A DNA stretch of 64,000 bases from Nitrospirota bacterium (GTDB taxonomy: Bacteria > Nitrospirota > Nitrospiria > 2-01-FULL-66-17): positions 532,193 through 596,192 of the forward strand of contig JBMOMC010000001.1 in the NCBI GenBank assembly GCA_049325335.1, written 5' to 3'. Under the pieces are notes generated by a model that was not told the DNA's origin, did not search any database, and saw only the letters and a list, made by a program, of their open reading frames with translations. The translations under genes and the position numbers were made by a program. Below, piece after piece: positions 58,912 to 64,000 of this stretch. The first letter of the stretch is position 1. Each line of letters opens with the position of its first letter.

Positions 58912-60024
58912 TCAGCCGTTCTCGGTCGATGCGATCACGCCGCCGCCGATCACGATGTCGGCGTCATACAAGACGATGGACTGCCCCGGGGTGACGGCGC
59001 GCTGCGGCTCGTCGAACGTCACGTGCAGGAGACCATCGTGACTACGGCTCACGGAGGCGGCGGCTTCCGGCGTCTTGTACCGGTACTTGGCCGACACACG
59101 CAGGGGCTCGGCAATGTCGGCGACCGCGCCAAAGTGGATGTCTTCGACCAAACAGGACTCGCGGTATAAGTCAGCCTCCGTGCCCAGCACGACCAGGTTG
59201 CGTTCCGCGTCCACGGCCGTGACGTAGCGCCGCTCACCCGCGGCCACACCCAAGCCGCGGCGTTGGCCCACGGTGTAAAACGCCACCCCGCGGTGGGATC
59301 CCAACGGTTCACCCTCCACGCCAACCAGGGCTCCGGGGCGTTCGGTCTCGGGGAGCTGCGCCGCGACGAACTCCCGGTAGTCCTTTTGCGTAACAAAGCA
59401 GATCTCTTGACTCTCCGCGATGTCGTCCACGGGTAACCCCATGGCCTGGGCCTTGGTCCATACCTCGGCCTTGGTGAACTCGCCGAGGGGGAAAAGCGTG
59501 CGTCGGAGCTGCGTCTGCGAGAGTCGATAGAGGAAATAGCTCTGATCTTTCTGCGCGTCGATGCCTTTGAGCAGCCGGTACCGCCCTGTGACCGCGTCCT
59601 GTTCCACGCGCGCGTAATGACCCGTGGCAAGCAAATCCCCGCCCGCTTCCTCAACCGCCTCGGCCAACAACGCGAACTTCACGCGCTCGTTGCACAACAC
59701 GCACGGGTTGGGCGTGCGCCCGGCCGCGTACGTCGCGCAAAAATCATCGATCACCGCGCGGCGAAACCGCTCCTGTGCGTCGATGACTCTGTGCGGGATA
59801 CCCAGTTCTTGGGCCACGTACTGCGCAATGCCGATCTTGCAACACGAGCGATCCTGCCAGCGTTTCTCGCGCTCACCCGGCTCGGACCACGTGCGCAGCG
59901 TAATCCCCTCGACGCGATATCCTTGAGCGACCAGCATGGACGCCACCACCGCGCTGTCCACCCCACCGCTGAGGCCCACGACGACTTTTTTCTCTCGACT
60001 CATATTTGTCTTCGCGGCAGGCAT
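58912..60024 (-). CDS. mnmA: tRNA-specific 2-thiouridylase
   Basis: SGGVDS, TPNPC, ATGHYAR, KDQSYFL, ESQEICF, TPGQ. Confidence 0.97.
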   Translation of the reverse strand: MPAAKTNMSREKKVVVGLSGGVDSAVVASMLVAQGYRVEGITLRTWSEPGEREKRWQDRSCCKIGIAQYVAQELGIPHRVIDAQERFRRAVIDDFCATYAAGRTPNPCVLCNERVKFALLAEAVEEAGGDLLATGHYARVEQDAVTGRYRLLKGIDAQKDQSYFLYRLSQTQLRRTLFPLGEFTKAEVWTKAQAMGLPVDDIAESQEICFVTQKDYREFVAAQLPETERPGALVGVEGEPLGSHRGVAFYTVGQRRGLGVAAGERRYVTAVDAERNLVVLGTEADLYRESCLVEDIHFGAVADIAEPLRVSAKYRYKTPEAAASVSRSHDGLLHVTFDEPQRAVTPGQSIVLYDADIVIGGGVIASTENG

Positions 60025-60107
60025 GACAGCCTGCCGAAGGGTTCAATCCTGAACTGTTCCGACCTCAAAATGCAAGGGGCGGCCAGATAGGACGCCAACT
60101 GTGTTGA

Positions 60108-60234
60108 TGCTGGCCGCCAAGAAGGTGGCGGATGCAAGGCGGAACAAAACCTCGCTCCGCAGCGTACTGTGTCGTACGTGAGGAAGCGAGGCTGCAGTGA
60201 CAACGCAGCAGCCGCCCCTTATCGGCGGCCGGCA
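60108..60234. repeat. ~125-nt hairpin element, copy 2
   Basis: Core GATGCAAGGCGGA..GCGTACTG.GTCGTACGTGAG..GACAACGC.GCAG shared with 49654-49778. Confidence 0.7.
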
Positions 60235-60243
60235 GCGAGCGAC

Positions 60244-60666
60244 CTACCGGTCGTTCGCTGCAACCGCCAGCGGCTCATGATCCACGATCACGTCCGCCCG
60301 CCCCTCACCCTTCATCTCGCACTGACCGTTCAACCGCACGCCCGCTTCGATCATCAGCACCGGCGTTTTGATCGAGCCGGTGACCACCGCGGGGTTGAGT
60401 AACTGAACTTTCTCGGTGGCGGTGATGTTCCCGGTGATCTTGCCCCCGCACACCAGCGTTCCGACCGACACCTCGGCGTCGATCACCGCGGTCTCGCCCA
60501 CAATCAGGGTCCCGGTGGAGATGACTTCGCCCTCGATGTGTCCGTCGATGCGCACGGTGCCATCGTACGTCACCACGCCCTTAAAACGCGTGCCCTTGCC
60601 CAAAAAGGCGATGATCTCGTCTGAACTCGTATTGCGTTTGTCTCGGTCGTCTCTTTTGGTCAACAT
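60244..60666 (-). CDS. Bactofilin
   Basis: FLGKGTRFKG..VRIDGHIEG..GA/V..G.C.M beta-helix pattern. Confidence 0.92.
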   Translation of the reverse strand: MLTKRDDRDKRNTSSDEIIAFLGKGTRFKGVVTYDGTVRIDGHIEGEVISTGTLIVGETAVIDAEVSVGTLVCGGKITGNITATEKVQLLNPAVVTGSIKTPVLMIEAGVRLNGQCEMKGEGRADVIVDHEPLAVAANDR

Positions 60667-60698
60667 CGCGTGATCTCCTTACGTGTATGTCGGGGTCC

Positions 60699-61616
60699 TC
60701 ATGACCCGGCCGATGTGCGAGCCGCATTGGGTCCAGCCTCCAGCCATTCTAGCAAACGATCCAGTTCCTCGCTCGACGCGTAATGGATGTGGATCTGTCC
60801 CGAGCGCGCCGTGCCTCGGATCACCACGCGGGCGCCGATAGCGCGAGCCAGCCGTGCTTCCAAGTCCGCCGTCTCCACCGCGATGACGCGACGCGGACGC
60901 GCGCGGCGCGACACGGCGTTGACTACGTCCTCGGTCCGCCGCACCGACAACCCCTCGGCCATCACGCGGCGTCCCAACACCAGTTGGACGTCGGGATCCA
61001 ACCCCAGCAGCACTTTGGCGTGCCCATGGCTCAAGCGATCATCCAGCACCGCCTGCTGCAACTCTTCGGGCAATTGCAACAACCGCAGCGTGTTCGCCAC
61101 GCTGGAGCGGTCTTTATGCACGCGGCGCGCCACGTCGTCCTGCGTCAGGCCGAATTGCGTCATCAACCGTCGGAACGCCAGCGCCGCCTCCATAGGGTTG
61201 AGATCTTCGCGCTGCAGGTTCTCAATGAGCGCCAGCACCGCCGCGTCCGGAGGCGCGGCGTCTTTTACCACCGCCGGAATTTCAGCCAGACCCGCCCGTT
61301 GCGCGGCGCGCCACCGACGCTCGCCCGCGATCAACTCATACCCATTCGGGATTTTCCGCACCACCACCGGCTGGAGCACGCCTTGCTCTCGCAACGACGC
61401 GGCCAGCTCTTCGAGCGCGGCCTCCGCGAAACGCTTGCGCGGCTGATGCGGACTTCGCGAGATGAGATGGACCGGGATCGTCAGGCCGCGCTCGGTCTCT
61501 CGCTCAGCCGGACGAGCCGCGTCGCCCAACAGGGCTTCCAATCCGCGCCCAAGGGCTTTGCGTTCACCGCCCGGACGGGCTTTCGCCGACGAGACGCTGG
61601 AGTCTATGCTGTCCGT
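60699..61616 (-). CDS. parB: Chromosome partitioning protein ParB (start probably ACG at 61616)
   Basis: [34 protein letters not shown]. Confidence 0.95.
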   Translation of the reverse strand, partial: TDSIDSSVSSAKARPGGERKALGRGLEALLGDAARPAERETERGLTIPVHLISRSPHQPRKRFAEAALEELAASLREQGVLQPVVVRKIPNGYELIAGERRWRAAQRAGLAEIPAVVKDAAPPDAAVLALIENLQREDLNPMEAALAFRRLMTQFGLTQDDVARRVHKDRSSVANTLRLLQLPEELQQAVLDDRLSHGHAKVLLGLDPDVQLVLGRRVMAEGLSVRRTEDVVNAVSRRARPRRVIAVETADLEARLARAIGARVVIRGTARSGQIHIHYASSEELDRLLEWLEAGPNAARTSAGS

Positions 61617-62380
61617 TTGAGCACCTCCTTGGCAAGCTGCATATACAATTGAGCGCCCCGCGAGGCAATTTGATAGAGCAATGCGGGTTTGCCGTGACTC
61701 GGGGCTTCGGCCAGGGTCACGTTGCGCGGAATGATCGCGTCGAAGACCTGCTCGCCCAAATGGCTGCGGACTTCGGACGCGACCTGGACCGACAGGTTGT
61801 TGCGCGGGTCATACATGGTCAAGACGATCCCTTCGATCCGCAGGCTGGGGTTGGCCGACTGTTGCAAGTGCTTGATGGTATCCAACAACCGGCTCAACCC
61901 TTCCATGGCGTAGTACTCGCACTGTACCGGAATAATGACCGACCGCGCCGCGGTCAACGCATTGACCGTGAGTAAACCCAGCGACGGGGGGCAATCAATG
62001 AACACGAAGTCGTATGCACTCGCCACGGAATCAAGGGCTCGCCGCAAACACAACTCGCGCTCCGGCAGCCCGACCAACTCCACTTCCGCGCCCGCCAAGT
62101 GCACATCCGCTGGAATCACGTCGAGATACTGAAGTTCGGTTTTCCGGATGGCGTCCGATGCCTTACAGGCGCCGATCAAGACCGCGTAGCTTCCGGGCCC
62201 GCGCTCGCCCAGTAGCCCCACGCCGCTGGTCGCATTGCCCTGCGGGTCAAGATCAACGAGCAACACGCGGCGCTCCGCCACAGCAATGGATGCGGCAAGG
62301 TTCACCGCGGTCGTGGTCTTGCCCACGCCGCCTTTTTGGTTGGCAATCGCAATCACGCGCGGAGAACCGTCCATGGTCAT
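61604..62380 (-). CDS. parA: ParA/Soj ATPase
   Basis: [30 protein letters not shown]. Confidence 0.97.
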   Translation of the reverse strand: MTMDGSPRVIAIANQKGGVGKTTTAVNLAASIAVAERRVLLVDLDPQGNATSGVGLLGERGPGSYAVLIGACKASDAIRKTELQYLDVIPADVHLAGAEVELVGLPERELCLRRALDSVASAYDFVFIDCPPSLGLLTVNALTAARSVIIPVQCEYYAMEGLSRLLDTIKHLQQSANPSLRIEGIVLTMYDPRNNLSVQVASEVRSHLGEQVFDAIIPRNVTLAEAPSHGKPALLYQIASRGAQLYMQLAKEVLKRTA

Positions 62381-62432
62381 CTCAACGGCCGGGATCGTAG
62401 CATAACCAGCGCATCGAATGATAGACATGAGA

Positions 62433-62448
62433 TGTTCCACGTGGAACA
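62433..62448. promoter_or_regulatory. parS centromere site
   Basis: Perfect TGTTCCACGTGGAACA upstream of parA. Confidence 0.92.
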
Positions 62449-62470
62449 TCTCACCGACAAGGGTGCTGGT

Positions 62471-63112
62471 TTAGGTGGGCACGCGCCAGAGCAACAGTGC
62501 GTGGATGAGATCGGTCTCGGGAATCCGGTACGTGCGCACGGAAAACCCGCTATCCACGTGCTCGGCCTGCTGCTTCGAAGCCCAAATGACGACCGTGCCG
62601 CCCGGGTTGACCAGTGGAAGAGCCAAGTCCTTCGCGGATCGCGGTTCCGCGACTGCCCGCATCACGACCGCGTCAAATCGACCGGCCAGATGCGTTGATC
62701 GGCGTTTTGGGCCCACCGTTTCCTCGACGACGGTGACGTCTTGCAGCTTGAGCAGGGCACAGACCGTGGTTAAAAACGCGGCGCGCTTCTGCCTTGGCTC
62801 GATTAACGTCATGTGCAGGTCAGGCCGCGCAATTTTCATGGGCAGACCGGGAAATCCAGCTCCTGATCCCAAGTCCGCGATGTGAGCGCCACGTGGTAAG
62901 GCGTTCAGAACCAGCAGGCCAGCCAGAGAATCCACCACGTGCCGCGTGACAAGCTCATCGAGCGTTTCCGCCGCCGTGAGATTGATCCGCTGGTTCCATT
63001 TCTGCAGCTCGGCAAGAAATCGCTCGAACAGCAGTAATTGGTCTCGGGAAATAACCACGCCAAACGCAGCGGCACCGCGCTCAAGGAGTTGAAGCGGGGA
63101 GGCGGCGGACAC
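62471..63112 (-). CDS. rsmG: 16S rRNA m7G527 methyltransferase
   Basis: WNQRINLTA, HVVDSL, DLGSGAGFPG. Confidence 0.95.
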   Translation of the reverse strand: MSAASPLQLLERGAAAFGVVISRDQLLLFERFLAELQKWNQRINLTAAETLDELVTRHVVDSLAGLLVLNALPRGAHIADLGSGAGFPGLPMKIARPDLHMTLIEPRQKRAAFLTTVCALLKLQDVTVVEETVGPKRRSTHLAGRFDAVVMRAVAEPRSAKDLALPLVNPGGTVVIWASKQQAEHVDSGFSVRTYRIPETDLIHALLLWRVPT

Positions 63113-63121
63113 GTGCGGGAG

Positions 63122-64000
63122 TTAGACGCCGGCGAGTGCCGTCGCTGATCCACCGCGCCGGTCGCGCTCGAGCGCGACCAACAACAACGACACGGCCGCA
63201 GGCGTGACGCCGGAAATACGGGAGGCCTGGCCCAATGAACGCGGAGACACGGCCGAAAGCTTTTCCACCACTTCGCGCGACAGGCCGTTGACGCGGTCAA
63301 AGGCAAAACCGATAGGAATTTTTCGGTCTTCAAGCTGTTTGAAGCGCTCGACCTGTTGCTCCTGGCGTTTCAGATACCCCTCGTACTTGATCTCCAGTTC
63401 CACCTGCTCGATCAATTCGGGGTCAACAGCTTTCAGCTCAGGCCAGATCGCGGCCAAGTCCGTCAACGCGACCTCCGGACGCCTGATCAACTGCGCGGCC
63501 GATGTTTCGGGCGTGAGCCACTTCCAGGTTTCTGGGAGTGACGTGCTGCGAACCCGTAATCGCGACAGTCGTCCGATCTGTTCTTGAATCGCGTCACGCC
63601 GCACATGAAACCGTTGATGCGTTTGGCCGTCGATCAAGCCGATCCGTGCGCCCAGATCCATCAACCGCGCGTCCGCGTTGTCGTGTCGTAGCAACAATCG
63701 ATACTCGGCGCGCGACGTGAACATGCGATAGGGCTCGTTCGTACCCTTGGTGACCAGATCGTCAATCAGCACCCCGATATAGGCCTGTGACCGCTCCAGG
63801 ACCATGGGTTCTCGCTGTTGGATGGCCAGCGCGGCATTGATCCCGGCCATAATACCCTGTGCCGCGGCCTCTTCATATCCAGAGGTGCCGTTGATCTGGC
63901 CCGCATGGTACAAGCCGGGAACCGCTTTGGTTTCCAGGGTGTGCCAGAGTTGCGTGGGCGGGACATAGTCGTATTCGATTGCGTACCCAGGCTTAATGAA
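63122..64000 (-). CDS. mnmG: tRNA modification enzyme MnmG, 3' part
   Basis: [40 protein letters not shown]. Confidence 0.97.
   Translation of the reverse strand, partial: FIKPGYAIEYDYVPPTQLWHTLETKAVPGLYHAGQINGTSGYEEAAAQGIMAGINAALAIQQREPMVLERSQAYIGVLIDDLVTKGTNEPYRMFTSRAEYRLLLRHDNADARLMDLGARIGLIDGQTHQRFHVRRDAIQEQIGRLSRLRVRSTSLPETWKWLTPETSAAQLIRRPEVALTDLAAIWPELKAVDPELIEQVELEIKYEGYLKRQEQQVERFKQLEDRKIPIGFAFDRVNGLSREVVEKLSAVSPRSLGQASRISGVTPAAVSLLLVALERDRRGGSATALAGV

Noticed and set aside
62381..62449. ParA N-terminal extension MFHVEH
   Set aside because: Artefact of translating the parS palindrome

Overview
High-GC bacterial chromosome segment, probably origin-proximal (mnmG-rsmG-parS-parA-parB at the right end). 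Gene content and the F1-only atp operon suggest Nitrospirota, but that is inference. Left end: rsmB-fmt-def and an initiator tRNA-Met. A ~26.4 kb integrative island sits in that tRNA (44-bp attL/attR at 2698-2741 and 29015-29058). It carries a tyrosine integrase and Xis, a TTCATGAA repeat array, and a radC-uvrD-Cas4/AddB-like nuclease-putative annealase operon. Its defence cargo comprises a Schlafen/AlbA_2 protein, a type I RM system whose HsdS has an extra ~210-aa Panacea/DarG-C-like domain, an HNH nuclease, a SIR2-STAND-TPR-cold-shock (Avs-like) gene between short inverted repeats, and a GNAT/DUF1778 TA pair. I see no relaxase, T4SS or virion genes. Downstream lie a decaying ECF42/YciI/VOC cluster with a repeated promoter motif, a sigma-54/FhlA-like-controlled RND pump, ttuB-ttuA-trmI, atpHAGDC, a tandem Ser/Thr kinase and mnmA. 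Two copies of a ~125-nt covarying hairpin element and several internally collapsed pseudogenes are also present. All calls come from motif recognition by eye; no searches were run.
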